Source: Eledone cirrhosa (Eukaryota). Taken from it: a stretch of 64,000 bases of DNA. The translations under genes and the position numbers were made by a program. The notes under the pieces were generated by a model. That model was not told the origin of the DNA, did no database searches, and saw only the letters and a list, made by a program, of their open reading frames with translations. Below are positions 1-11,750 of the stretch, one piece after another. The first letter of the stretch is position 1. Every line of letters starts with the position of its first letter. The stretch is taken from NCBI GenBank assembly GCA_964016885.1, contig OZ024745.1, forward strand, positions 116,870,001 to 116,934,000, given 5' to 3'.

Positions 1-190
1 GGTGATGGTGTGAGGTGATGATGGTGGTCATAGACAAAAGAAAAAGAAAGAGGTGAAAGCATAGAAAGCCTCAATTTCAACAGTTTGAATGAAATGAAAG
101 ATTTCTTTTACAAACATTAATAAAATGGATTAACACTTTAGCTGCCATGGCAACACATACATTGCTTTTCTACATCTGAGTTACATTTAC

Positions 191-315
191 CTCTTACTGT
201 ATCTATTGGATGGATGGTGACCACTATCACAACAGGAAGTGCTTTTATCAACTTGGACAAAGTTATGGTGATCTGATGTATATTGAGGAAGAAGTGGTTT
301 CTTGAATTCAGACAT
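191..315 (-). CDS. Possible first coding exon of an unidentified host gene (MSEFKKPLLPQYTSDHH...YSK)
   Basis: ATG at 315-313 opens 41 codons + 2 nt ending at AG|GTAAAT (donor-like). A possible acceptor ttgtacag lies near 361-368. Sequence is non-repetitive. No homology recognised. Confidence 0.2.
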
Positions 316-409
316 TTAAAACAGTAGTGGTCAGTATTTCTCATTCCAAAGTAGTCAGAACTGTACAAATTGGGTAACTCACAAGTTGATTGGTTCTGAT
401 GATTCTTTG

Positions 410-690
410 AGTGACTTAGACCCTAAAGTCTGCCTCAAATCCTGAGGCTCCTCAGGGTGGTGCTTATCCTGATTCAATGGTGCTAAGTGACTGAAAGTAC
501 AGGACTCACCCCTGGACAAGAGGCCAGTCATCACAGGTATTGCTGGTACACATTTTCAGCTGGGTATACTGGAGCAACATGAAATAAATTGTTTTGCTCA
601 AGAAAACAACACAGAACCCAGCCCAGGAATCAAACCCACAACATTATTGTCATGTCTAACACCCTTACCACTAGACCACACACCTCCACT
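410..690 (-). mobile_element. tRNA-derived SINE, family B (V-domain-like), degraded
   Basis: Reverse complement shows tRNA-like head (gtggtctagtggtaag...gggtttgattcc) then ttgagcaaaacaatttatttcatgttgctccag. Homologous to 53790-54058. Confidence 0.7.
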
Positions 691-961
691 GACTCAGAAC
701 CTGAAGAATATTATTCAAATGCATTCAGTTTTGATGTTGCAACTTTAGATAGTAAAATTAAAGCCACCATACTTGAACATTCACATTAATGCTCACCAAA
801 ATAATTATCTAGTCATGTATATACAAAAGAAGATTGCGAGTTTGGCTTTTACATGCTATCTTCAATTCGGTATTCTTTAAAATATAGTTTTGATTTTATT
901 TTGTACGCAGAGTTCCTATGAAATATCAAAAGGCTGAGCACTATCATATGTAGAGGATATA

Positions 962-2297
962 ATTTTTTTTTTTTTTTTTACTTCATCATCATTTTTTTTT
1001 TTTTTTTTAAACACTTTAGTCTTTATTGTGTTGTATCAGATGAAAGAATGGTATTTAACTAATGTATTGGTACGTGATGTGGCCCACCCACAGCCCCGCC
1101 GGACAGAATGGAGAAGGCGTTTCCCCGAAGGACGGCAAGTGAGACGCGCTGGAAAAGCCACTCCAACTCACGGGACTCACACCTGCGGCTGGCCAGCTCA
1201 GCGCCTAAGGTGGTGAGTAAGGAGGTAGCCCTGGGGCCGAGGACACCAGAAGTCTCCACTGCCAGGGGAACAACCGCAAACCTGTCGGAGAGCGACCGGT
1301 ATTTGAGGAGTTTGGCCCCCTCAGCCCGACGTGCAGCAGAACCTGGGTCAGTCGCAGACTGCACCAGGTTGCGGCTGCAGAAAGTGTCGGTGCAAGTGGC
1401 ATCCCAGACGAGAAGTTTGCCACCGCGGAACGGGAAGATAGTCATGCCATCTGGCCTTTTGCCGTCCCCTCGATTCAGCCCCACCGGCTCAAGCTGGGAA
1501 GGGAAGCCTGCAGTGTCCAAGCGATAAATAATGACCTCGTTGAGGGCAGCATGGCATGGAATGCGGCCGGCACTGTGGCGACAGGAAAGCGGGTGGAGGC
1601 CGAAAGAGTCCACGGTAGAACCGCAGTGACATTGGTGTCACTGGCAGATCCGGAGGCCGAGCCTCAGGGAAACGCCGATTCGCAGGCTATGGTTGTCTAG
1701 CTGCGTGCCAGTGGAGAAGGATGGCAGGGCATGGAGCTAGGCACCACTGTGGGGTTTGGAGGCCGCACGATAACAAGCAAGACGGTGCTGGTTGAGCTGG
1801 TGGGTGAGCCTGTCTGAGGACAGGCTGGACTGGATGGCATCCCAAGTGCGTTGGAGGGACTTGACGTCAACAGGGGAAGAAGGAGGAGGGACGTCTACTG
1901 GGCTAAGTCCCAGCCGGTCCCACATTTCACAGACAGCCTCACGTTCTCTGAACACAGAGGGTTCTGTTGTGTTTTGAAGAACCCTGCTGACGAGGACGCA
2001 GCACTAGGTTACCGACGAAAGATACGCTGGCAAAGCTAATGAGATCGGGGACTGGAGGCCAAGGCCGCCATACCTGACCGGTAAAGTGGCCTGTTGCCAC
2101 CCTATGTCGTCTAACTTGACGTTGCATATCCCCTCGGCTGCTGCTCGGATACAAGTATCGAGGTCAGCGAGGAGAGATTTCTGGGTGTAGCATGGAGCGC
2201 TGCGGAGTGTATAGAGGAGCTTCGGCATGGCGAAGCAGTTCCTCAGCAGAAAAAGAGCTGGGTGGCCGTCAATCAAGCCCAGTCGGCTCGCAAGAGT
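962..2297 (-). mobile_element. 5'-truncated CRE-clade (RLE-type) non-LTR retrotransposon, pseudogenised
   Basis: ORFs 2004-2276, 1737-1955 and 1059-1613 join into RT C-terminus (LFLLRNC..PKLLYTLR, LPVRYGGLGL), a CCHC knuckle (C.CG..VD..GLHPLSC) and a restriction-like endonuclease (RPDG..WDATC..K..KY..VETSG). Stops and a frameshift separate them. AATAAA at 1027-1022 is followed by poly(A). Confidence 0.9.
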
Positions 2298-2770
2298 CTG
2301 GAGCTGTTGCTAAAGTTATGAATTTGGAGGTAATGACCAAGAAAATATGATTGCAAATGCAAGCAGCTGAAATGGGTTTTTTTCCAAAGTGTCTTTGGAG
2401 TAATGTTACTCAATAGAGTGTGTAGCTTGGAGATCATAGAGTTGCTCCAGGTAGAGCTGCTACTTCTCTGAATCACAGCTCTGATAATATGGGCATGTGG
2501 TTAGAATGTCTCAGGAAAGAATTGCTGGACAGATTTTACAGGCAAAACCAACCAGCAGGAGACCCAGAGGTTGACCCCAAGCAAGTTGATTGGATAACAG
2601 CCATAAGCGCAGTTGGTCTTGCTTGGGGATCCAACCAGATGAGTTGGAAAAGGTTGTTTCTGATAGGACCTGCTGGAAGAAGTGATTGAGGACTCTTCTC
2701 CCACGACCCTCTCAGGAATAAGTGGGTGAAGAAGAAGAAGAAGAAGAAGAAGAAGAAGAAGAAGAAGAAG
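2298..2770 (+). mobile_element. RTE-like LINE 3' fragment with (GAA)n tail
   Basis: RGRP..W-type motif near 2565-2595, then ccacgaccctctcaggaataa and (gaa)n at 2728-2770. The same 3' end recurs at 19835-19896. Confidence 0.6.
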
Positions 2771-3814
2771 GAGTATGTATGTACAAAGGAGAGATAGTCA
2801 TGGTCATGACTATTGTCGGCCTGTTATCCTATGGCCTAGGTCAAGGTAATAATTCTGACAGTGATGCAGATTTTGTAACCCAATACAAACTGCTTCATAG
2901 TTGAGTGGTGGCTTCCCCCCATCAGACCCTTGTCTGGTGAGAAGGGTATGTGGAACCCCAGCAGCACAAAAATACAATAGATATAAAAAGGGCAGACTAT
3001 AGATTAAATAGCCTCACCAACTCATAATTGGTCAAGTGTGGTGGATACAGCTACATCCCTGTTATGACCAAAACCAAGCAGAAAGTTGTTGAGGGGTTCC
3101 TCCAATAGGAGTGAGAAGGCCATAGATTGAATTGGATTGGATAACAAGGTGATTTTTCAAAATTAAAATGACAAGCCACCCTCCATGAAATCAATCATCT
3201 TGATGAACATTGATCAGGCTCAATGTGAACTCCTTTCTTTATAGTATTGCAGCAGTGGAATATTTGGTTGGATGTTCCTGCCTGCTACCGGTAGTGGGGA
3301 CTCTTTCTAGGACTTTATACTTCATAGCAAATAGATATTACCTATATCATATCATATATATATATGAATGTAAATGTGGTTGGTGTTTGGAAGAGCATCC
3401 AGCCATAGAAACCAAACCAGAACCAGTTCTGTGTGAGCAAGACATGTTCATCTGATCTGACTTGCCTCACATTGGGGCAACTCGTCTAACCCAAGCTAGC
3501 ATGGAAAAATGGACAATAAATGGTGATGATGATGATGATCATCATCATCATCATTGAACATTGCTAGGTGTTTTGTGTTGTTAAAATCAGTGAAAAGTGT
3601 TGTTGAAGATTCCAATAAATTCTTCATATGGAATGACTGATGTAGAATCTTTGGGGAAATTTCAGCATTTTGATGGAATATTACATAAAGCATTCAGTAT
3701 TTTGGTGTAAATTAGCAGGAAAAAATTCAGCAGCAAAGGGTGAAGAAAAATATATTTAATCCAAAATGTTTACGATGAGCTTAAATGATACAATATTTTT
3801 CATCTGTGACTGCA

Positions 3815-4010
3815 TACATATGTATGTTTGTATGTGACTGGGAGTGTATGTTCATGTGTGTGTGTGTGTATGTGTGTATATATGTATGAATGTGTGTGTA
3901 TGTGAATGTGTGTGTGCATGTGTGTATGTCAGTATGTGTGTGTGAATATGTGTGTGTGTGTGTGTGTGTGCATGTGTGAATGTGAGTGTGTGTGAATGTG
4001 TGTAGCCTGT
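3815..4010. repeat. Degenerate (TG)n microsatellite
   Basis: Directly visible. It accounts for the HT-rich ORF 3781-4038. Confidence 0.95.
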
Positions 4011-4529
4011 AAGTATGTTTATCTGTGTAGATATGCAATAGGATTAAAAACTTGAGTAGACTTTAAAATTTCTGATAATCCCCAACTCCAAAAGATACTT
4101 ACATGACTTAAAAATGAAGAAAAAAAAACAAGCAATGAAACTAGTAAAACTAATGTATATGAGACAACTGAAGGCAGCTAAGACTAACAATATATGTGAT
4201 AAACATTACAAAAAAAAACAGATGATACAGCAATGAAATAGAAGTATTAAAAGTTTATTTTGTCTAATGAAAATTCAAAGGTATCACAAGAAAATAACTA
4301 TAAGATCAAAGACTTCTGGTTGTAGCTAGGTTCTAATTTCCAATTCCTCTTATATAAACCAGTATTCAGTTCACGTGAAAGAAATAACCAAAATATCAGC
4401 AACTGAAATTCCTCCTTTATATTAAGTAAAGAATCTCTGGATATTCCATTCATTATCTGCTCATACATCGATATCTAATACTTTCGTTTTAACCTCATAG
4501 ATATTTAACAAATATATATATATAATAAC

Positions 4530-5581
4530 ATGGGATGACATGATAAAATCCGACCTTGCACACTTAGACCTCTTTAAGACAATGTCACTGGATCGAGATC
4601 TTTGGCACCACACAGTAATAGAGAAGACCGACCTTACATAGGTGACAAAATCAGCAGAGGAGGTGGGTGTTCTTAAAGTACAGTAGCTAGAGTCAGAACG
4701 GGATGGAAAAAATTCAGTGAGCTTATACCACTATTGGCCGTTAAAGGTTTCTCCCTAAAAATGAAAGGCAGGCTGTATGATGCCTGCATACGAACAGCAA
4801 TATTACATGACAGTGAGACATGGGCATTGTGTGCAGAGGATTTGCGCAGACTGGAGAGGAATGAAGCTTGCATGCTCCGTTGGATGTGTAATAGTAATAT
4901 ACGCGAACGGCAAAGCATAAATGAACTAAGTGAGAAATTAGGAATAAGAGGGATCAGATGCTGTTTACTTGAGGGAAGACTATGTTGGTATGGTCACATG
5001 ATGCGCATGGAAGACGACAGATGCATAAAAAAGTGCAGAGCGATTAAAATAGATGGAAGCTATGGAGTAGGTAGACCCAGAAAAACCTGGGACGATTTGA
5101 TAAATTCCGACCTTACACACTTACACCTCTCCAAGACAATGTCACTGGACCGAGATCTTTGGTGCTATGCAGTAATACAAAAGACCCGCCTTGCCTAAGT
5201 ACAAAGCGAAACCTACAGTCAGTAGGCTCCTCCTAACCAAAAATACACCCCACCCCACTACCCTTACCCCCACCCCCATCTACACTTAAAGTTATGTCGG
5301 TGCCACAACATCCAGTCCTAAATAAATGAGGTCGTGTAGGTGTCATGACAAAAAAACACACAGTCCATGCTGTAATGTGGCCGTGTAGATAACACGGTAA
5401 AAACCTCCCAGTCCACACTGTAAACGTGGTTGGTGTTAGGAAGGGCATCCAGCCGTAGAAAATCCGCCAGACAGTCCTATACTAGCAAGACAACCAATCT
5501 TGCATCACGTGGGACAACTCCCATCTAAACCCATGCTAGCGTGGAAGATAGATGTTAAACGACAATGATGATGATGATGAG
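4530..5581 (+). mobile_element. RTE-clade LINE 3' part (RT C-terminus, 3'UTR, (GAT)n tail)
   Basis: ORF 4734-5198 has KGRLYDACIRTAILHDSETW..RL.WYGH..R..GRPRKTW. The 3'UTR contains aggaagggcatccagccgtag and ends in gatgatgat. Close homologue at 25677-26633 (-). Confidence 0.9.
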
Positions 5582-5641
5582 GTTTTATTCTTTTACTGGT
5601 TTCAGTCATTTGACTGCAGTCATATTGTGGCACCACCTTAA

Positions 5642-5846
5642 CTCTTTACCATTTACATTACTCTATATTTACTATTGTATTTTCACGGTAAAGGCTTTAT
5701 CTCACATAATATTGAATCTATGAGATTTTGATAGTTATTTTGAGAACAATACCTTAACATCAGTAAGAGTGAAAGGTTACAGCCAGTTTTAACTAAAAGA
5801 GGTGAGGGAATTCTGTCCTGATTTGGCTGGTTTAAATGCTAAAGGG
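5642..5846. mobile_element. piggyBac-like MITE
   Basis: TTAA at 5638-5641 and 5847-5850 flank imperfect TIRs ctctttaccattta / taaatgctaaaggg. An inverted sibling lies at 24231-24448. Confidence 0.7.
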
Positions 5847-5995
5847 TTAAATAGACTCAGTCTGTCATATCAACCCAAGTAATTATTTTTTCAAGTCTGG
5901 TACTTATTTTTATTAATCGGTTTTAGTTGAGCCACTAAGTTACAGGACATAAATACAGAGACACAAGTGTAAACACATACCTGGGCACACACATA

Positions 5996-6760
5996 CAGGG
6001 TGCGGACGATATTTGTTCGCAAGATTACTGTCTAGGAAAAACTAACACAGTAGTTTTATTTTTTGAGATATATTTATCAAACTTGGGTCAGTTTGTCTTC
6101 ATGACTTGTTCTTTCGATCTCACTCGATAAACCTGCCATTGGCTTTGATGACGGCCTCAAGGCGGCATCGGAACCGGCTATAGGCCTTCGTCACTGTCTC
6201 CCGACTTAGGCCCCTAAAGGCACTTATGATCCTGGCCTTCAGATCGTCTTTCGTATTGCAGTTAGATCTGTTGGTGTCTCGTTCCACTGTACCCCACACA
6301 AAGAAGTCAAGGGGGTTGCAGTCAGGCGAGCTGGGAGGCCAGATGTCAGGTGAAGTGTGGTCGACGAAGTTCTCTGACAGCCAGGCTTGGGTCTTTCGGC
6401 TGGTATGGCAGGGCGCTGAGTCTTGCTGCCACACGTATGGCCTACCTGCAGCTACTTGGTCGATCCAGGGCTTTACTACCTCACTCAGAACGCAAATGTA
6501 GCTATCGGTGTTCAGCTTGAGGCCCTCAGGGAAGAAGTGAGGTGGCATGACGTCACCTTGACTGCTGACAACACCTAAGACCAATGTTGTCGCTGGAAAC
6601 TTTGTCTGCATGACTCTGGGTACGTCTTTGGATGAGACAGCGAGTTCTGGGAGTTGATCTTCTGGTCTTTGGCAGAAGTTTTTCTCGTCGGAGAAAAACC
6701 ACAGCATGTCTGGCTCCAGTGGGTGTTTCAACTTGTTGATCAGCTTCTTTGCGTGCTTTT
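5996..6760 (-). mobile_element. Truncated Tc1/mariner-superfamily transposon, DD37D (maT-type) catalytic domain
   Basis: ORF 6120-6731 has FSDEKNF, WQQDSAPCH and SPDCNPLDFFVW, with 37 residues between the 2nd and 3rd Asp. A TA|CAGGGTG terminus is at 5994-6002. Confidence 0.88.
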
Positions 6761-8637
6761 TAAGACAATAAAATAGGATTTGAGGGATATTTTGAAACTA
6801 TTTTTAGCTAATGAAGTTACTATGTATAAACTCCCTCTTTGTCTCATGTGCAAAATAGTTTCATCTTAACCAATTCAAAATTAGTCTACACTACAGTTGG
6901 TCTTGTTATCTATTAGTATAACCCTTTCAAAACAATATAAAATATTGGACACAAGTTTAAGATTTTAAACTGGAAGTTATTTTCACTTCACTTTATTTTT
7001 ATGGTTTTAAATCATGAAAGTATTAAGAAAAAAAAATACCTTAAATATAAATTGGATAATTGTCAATAATGAAGAGATATGGGAAAAGTAAGATATTTGA
7101 GATCCATTTTATACAAAAATATATTTCTTCTGTTAAACATCAAAGTGTAAAATATAATTTAATATTTTACATTGATACCCAATGTTGAACATTTGCGTTA
7201 CTACAGTATCGAAAATAAGAATCATTTTCAGTATTGAAAGGTTGTGGAAATGTTCCATGAAAATTGCAAATGTAATTAAATTCTAAAACAACAGAGACTT
7301 CGATGTTGAGACCAACACTTTATGCTGAGAAACCTGGGTTCTATACAAATACAAGTAGAAGCAACAATGATAATTAGAAAAATACAAAAGAGAAAATAGT
7401 GAAGGAAAACAATGGAATGTTTTGAAATCATAAATTGCACGAGGGAACATTTTCAAATAAACAAATAATGAAATAAATTTTAAAATCAAATTAAAATCTG
7501 AATTATGTTTATTTGTTCAAATGTCTGTATGATTTCAAATCATACTATATCTAAGTTTTAATTATCATTAGAATACACACTCACTCAACAATGACGTTTT
7601 TTCATGAACATAATGAGACAACTGACAATACTTCATTTATTGGTTTTTACTCAGGTGTTTTAGTCTGTGCTAGATATTTAATTTTTATTCATCAGTGGTA
7701 TTAATTAATAAAGGATTAGCTTTAATTATTTAAGGGGAATCGATATCTATTAATGAAATATATGTTAACCATAGTGTGTCTTAAATTACCAAGACAATAT
7801 ATTTTCAGTGGGTATCTATTTACTGTGAGCTAAACAAGTCTGTTGAGTGTTAAGTCTCAATGAAGCAGTTTTCATGACAATATTTAAACTGTTGGCTATA
7901 TTCAGTGGTTGGTATCCTCAGGAATTTGATAGCTATCTTACTATCCAAATAGTTACTATATATGTTTTCAACTTGGTGTACTTATAACGATTTTAAGTGG
8001 TTTTTATGTTACAGTTACAGACTCCGAGGGCTACATTTTACTGCAGCCAATCTTGGCAACAGTGTCCATTTTCAAATAACACCTATTATATTGCTATTAA
8101 GTTTCTATGAAGTATGCATCCCTGGGTATTTTACCCTAGTCTTTCTTGCAAGCTATTACACTGCACAGTGACCACTCATGAAAATTCTATATATTTTTCT
8201 ATTTATTCTAAGACTATGTTTTGCTGATGAACTCTAATAGGATTAAAACATGTCTGAAGTTGTCTGCACACTGCTAAAAATCAGACTTACTCCTCATTGC
8301 ATTCCATACTTAGTTAGGCTGGCCACTCTACTTTCTTAACCAAAGTTAATCATTCAGATAATGATTTATTTTAATCAGTAAAGATGTAATTTTAATTAAT
8401 TAACATTTTTTGGCTTACTAACTTAAGTATACCAGCACCCATCTTACTATTAAGTTTTCATACAGCAAACAGTTCTGGATATTTTTTCCCAGTCAGTTTT
8501 TGCAAACAGAGCCTTTCAGAATTTCATGTGGGTCAGAACTCAGAATGTAATTATAAAGATACATGTAAGGCCAGGGGCTTTGTGAAGATGTTAGAGATGT
8601 TTGATACATGTTAGGGCAGGGAGTTTGTGGAGATGTT

Positions 8638-9222
8638 TAATAATAATAGTAATGAAATTATTGTGTGCAGTGCACCTGAGCACTACAACTCATCAAAGGT
8701 GCATGTATAGTACATAGAATAATGTACAAATGTCAGGAAAGTGAACAGTGTACATGTCATTATATACATGTGTCCGTGTGTATGGAGGGAGGATATCAGG
8801 TGTAGTGTTGGCGAATTTCAGGAAGCATGGAGGTTTTAAAGGATGCAATGTCTCGACAGCTAATAACTGATGCAGATAGTTTGTTCCATGCTTCAGCAAC
8901 TCTGAGCGTGAAAAATGTTTCCAGAAGTCATGAGAGTTGTGCTGTTTTCTGACTTTGTAGGCATATGGAATTCAAAAAGGTGCTCAGGGTTGTTGTTGGC
9001 AAGATGGTTAATAATTTTGTGGGTGTTTACAGACAGTTGCCAGACGTTGGAGCTTCAATGTATCCATGCCAAGGGAAGCAAGGCGTTCACAGTATGGTAG
9101 ATGCCTGATGGAGGGTATTCGCTTGGTTGCACATCTCTGAACAGTTTCCAGGAGGTCAATATTCTGAGCAAGATAGGGGTTCCAGACTGGTGATGTAAAT
9201 TCTAAGTGTGGCCTCACCGTTT
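8638..9222 (-). mobile_element. CR1/L2-type LINE 3' fragment
   Basis: ORF 9008-9238 has VRPHLEF.SPVWNPY...LETVQR.ATKRIP..Y.ERL. (TTA)n-like tail near 8638-8653. Confidence 0.8.
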
Positions 9223-9289
9223 GAGATGAAAGATACATGTTAGGGAAGGGGGTTTGTGGAGATGTTAGAGATGAAATATATATGTTAGG

Positions 9290-9510
9290 GAATTGGGTTT
9301 TGGAGATGTTTGAGTATCAGACAAAGTGATTCATGACATTTAGTTATGGTTCTTTATGTTCTAAGTTGAAATCCTGCTGAGGTCAACTTCTACCTATCAT
9401 CCTTCTGGAGCCAGTAAAATAAAGCACCAGTGAAATACTGGGATCAGTTTAATCTATTTTCATCTCCTCCAAATTGCTGGTCTTGTGTTTAAGTTAGAAC
9501 ACATTATTAA
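9290..9510 (+). mobile_element. SINE family A (Meta-domain-like), degraded
   Basis: gaggtcaacttctacctatcatccttctggag..taaaataaagcaccagt core and ttgctggtcttgtg tail. Confidence 0.7.
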
Positions 9511-10739
9511 GACTCACGGAGTTCAATATTGATCTTGTGTTCAAGGTTCTACCCCGCCACAACATTCTGATAAAGTAACTTTTACAAGACACTCATTACA
9601 ACACCAAACACATTCTTTTTGTAGGATTTGAGCTTACAAACATAATTACTAATTGCAAAAGATAATTAATAAACTTCATTTCTGATTTAATTTGATTTCA
9701 GAATTCAACTTCACTCGATTTTTCTCTCAATTTTCCCAATTATCAATGTGGCTTGTGCTGAGACTTCTTTAAAATCCAATTTTCCATTTTACGTATGTTA
9801 ATGAATATCACAGATACTTCTAATTTTCTATATCTTATCTTGATTACTTTTGTTTTCAGTTAAAGTTAAATAGTTATAATAAAATAGTATAATATAATTA
9901 GCTAATTATATAATTAATTAGCTATATTTAGTTAGTTATGAGATAAATTTAAATTGTCTGTAACTATGACGGTTACAAAACAACTTAAAAAAATTATGAA
10001 GAAAACCTCATTTCAAATATATTTTCAAAATAGAAAGCTTTAAATAATAGATTAACTGCAGAGAAATACTCTTTATTTAGATTAGAAGATAATGTATTGA
10101 ATAAAAATAACTTCAGAAGTTTGAGAAAGTATCAGATTGGTGTCTAGCATGAATAAGACCACCAAAACTGCAATATACACCCCACGCCATATACCCTACC
10201 CCATCCACTATGTCAGTGACACAACAAAAAGCACCCACTCCACACTGTAAATGTGGTTGGTGTTAGGAAGGGCATCCAGCCATAGAAAACCTGCCAGAGA
10301 CACTTCCGTACGAGCGAGACACGGTCTCCCAACCAATCTCACATCAAATGGAACAAAACCATCTAACCCATGCAAGCGTGGAAGATGGACCTTAAACGAT
10401 GATGGTGGTAAGAAAAAGAATCATACCGCATTGTCCTTCACATAGGTTAACAAGGGATGTGTTCAGGCCTTAGGTAGAGGAGCTTGTTCGAAAAATATAT
10501 TGCAATCTCCATTTCATGCTGTAAAAACTGGTGATGGACCTGCAACCTGTCCTGGGAGGTGTGGGATGGATGCACAAAGATTGCACATGCTGAGACCCAA
10601 AGAGGGTTTGGAGGGGAGCAAACCTTAACAATGTATTGAATAATGTAAACAAACTTTCTGCTGACAAACTTCAATTATTTCCTTCAGTTTATTTTATTCA
10701 TCTCTTTTTTTCTTCAATCCTTAAACAAATATGATGCAT

Positions 10740-11065
10740 ACATTGTCCTGTAACTCCTAAGGGAGTCGTAGTGGTCCTGTATTGACATACGGTGTTTCTA
10801 GGGCATTTTAAAACCTGGCGGAGTTCATCTCCTCTCCAGGTCTGAATAGAGCAGATTTCTTCCAGAGAAGAATAGAGTGACAGAATGGAAGTGAGAACGA
10901 GATATAGAGGAAGAATCAACTCCAGTACGAGACTGGTACTTTCTTTATCGACCTCAAATGGATGAAAGGCAAAGTTGACCATGGTGGGATTTGAACCCTG
11001 AGAGTAGAGAGCTGAAACAAATACCACAAACCATTCTATCTGACGTTCTAACAGCTCTGACAATT
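10740..11065 (-). mobile_element. SINE family A with extended alternative 3' tail
   Basis: Core tttgcctttcatccatttgaggtcgataaag..gtaccagt plus tail ctccgccaggttttaaaatgccctagaaac. Siblings at 11440-11750 and 25045-25370. Confidence 0.75.
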
Positions 11066-11439
11066 TGCTGCCTACAAATGAATATGATAGAAACTACGAA
11101 AACTTTCTTTGATTCTATTTTTAAATATTTCCTCATATTGAATCAATCTTACAATGGTCACTAGAGTGTTGAAACTTGTCAGAACAGGCTGGTTAATGAA
11201 ATAGATGAAATATTTCCTGACTGCCACTTTGTTAATTATGTAGCTAAATACTACAAGTCTGTATAGAACAGTGTTGTGAAACATATCATTTGACATATCT
11301 AGGTTGAAATGATCTGTGATCTGCTCTGAAACATCCAATCAGTTATTTCTATGCAAATCAATATATCTACACAAACAGAACTCTGGTTCAACAAAAACTA
11401 CAACTATCCAAAGTTTATATGTTAGTATAAGACTAGTAT

Positions 11440-11750
11440 AAGTGGTGAACTGGAAAAGTCATTAGAACATCGGCTAGAATGCTTTTTGGTATTTCCTTCA
11501 GCTCTCTGCTCTCTGATGTCAACTTTGCTTTTCATCTTTTCAAGGTTGATAAAAAAAGTACCAGTCTAGTACTGGGGTAGATTTTTCCTCTACATCTCCT
11601 TCTCACTTCCTCTCTCTCACTTTCTATCTTTCTCTAAAAGAAATCTGTTGACCTGAAGAGGGATGGGTTCTGCCAGGTTTAAAGTTGCTCTAGAAAACTG
11701 CATGTCAATATGGCATCCTTACAACTCCATCAGGAGTTATACGACCATGC
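11440..11750 (+). mobile_element. SINE family A with extended alternative 3' tail
   Basis: Same core and tail as 10740-11065. Confidence 0.7.

Noticed and set aside
2722-2904. Poly-Glu ORF
   Set aside because: It is the (GAA)n tail of a LINE fragment.
10446-10674. Unique-looking ORFs as host exons (also 24592-24804 and 34540-34720)
   Set aside because: No recognisable protein motif and no consistent splice pair or phase that can be supported.
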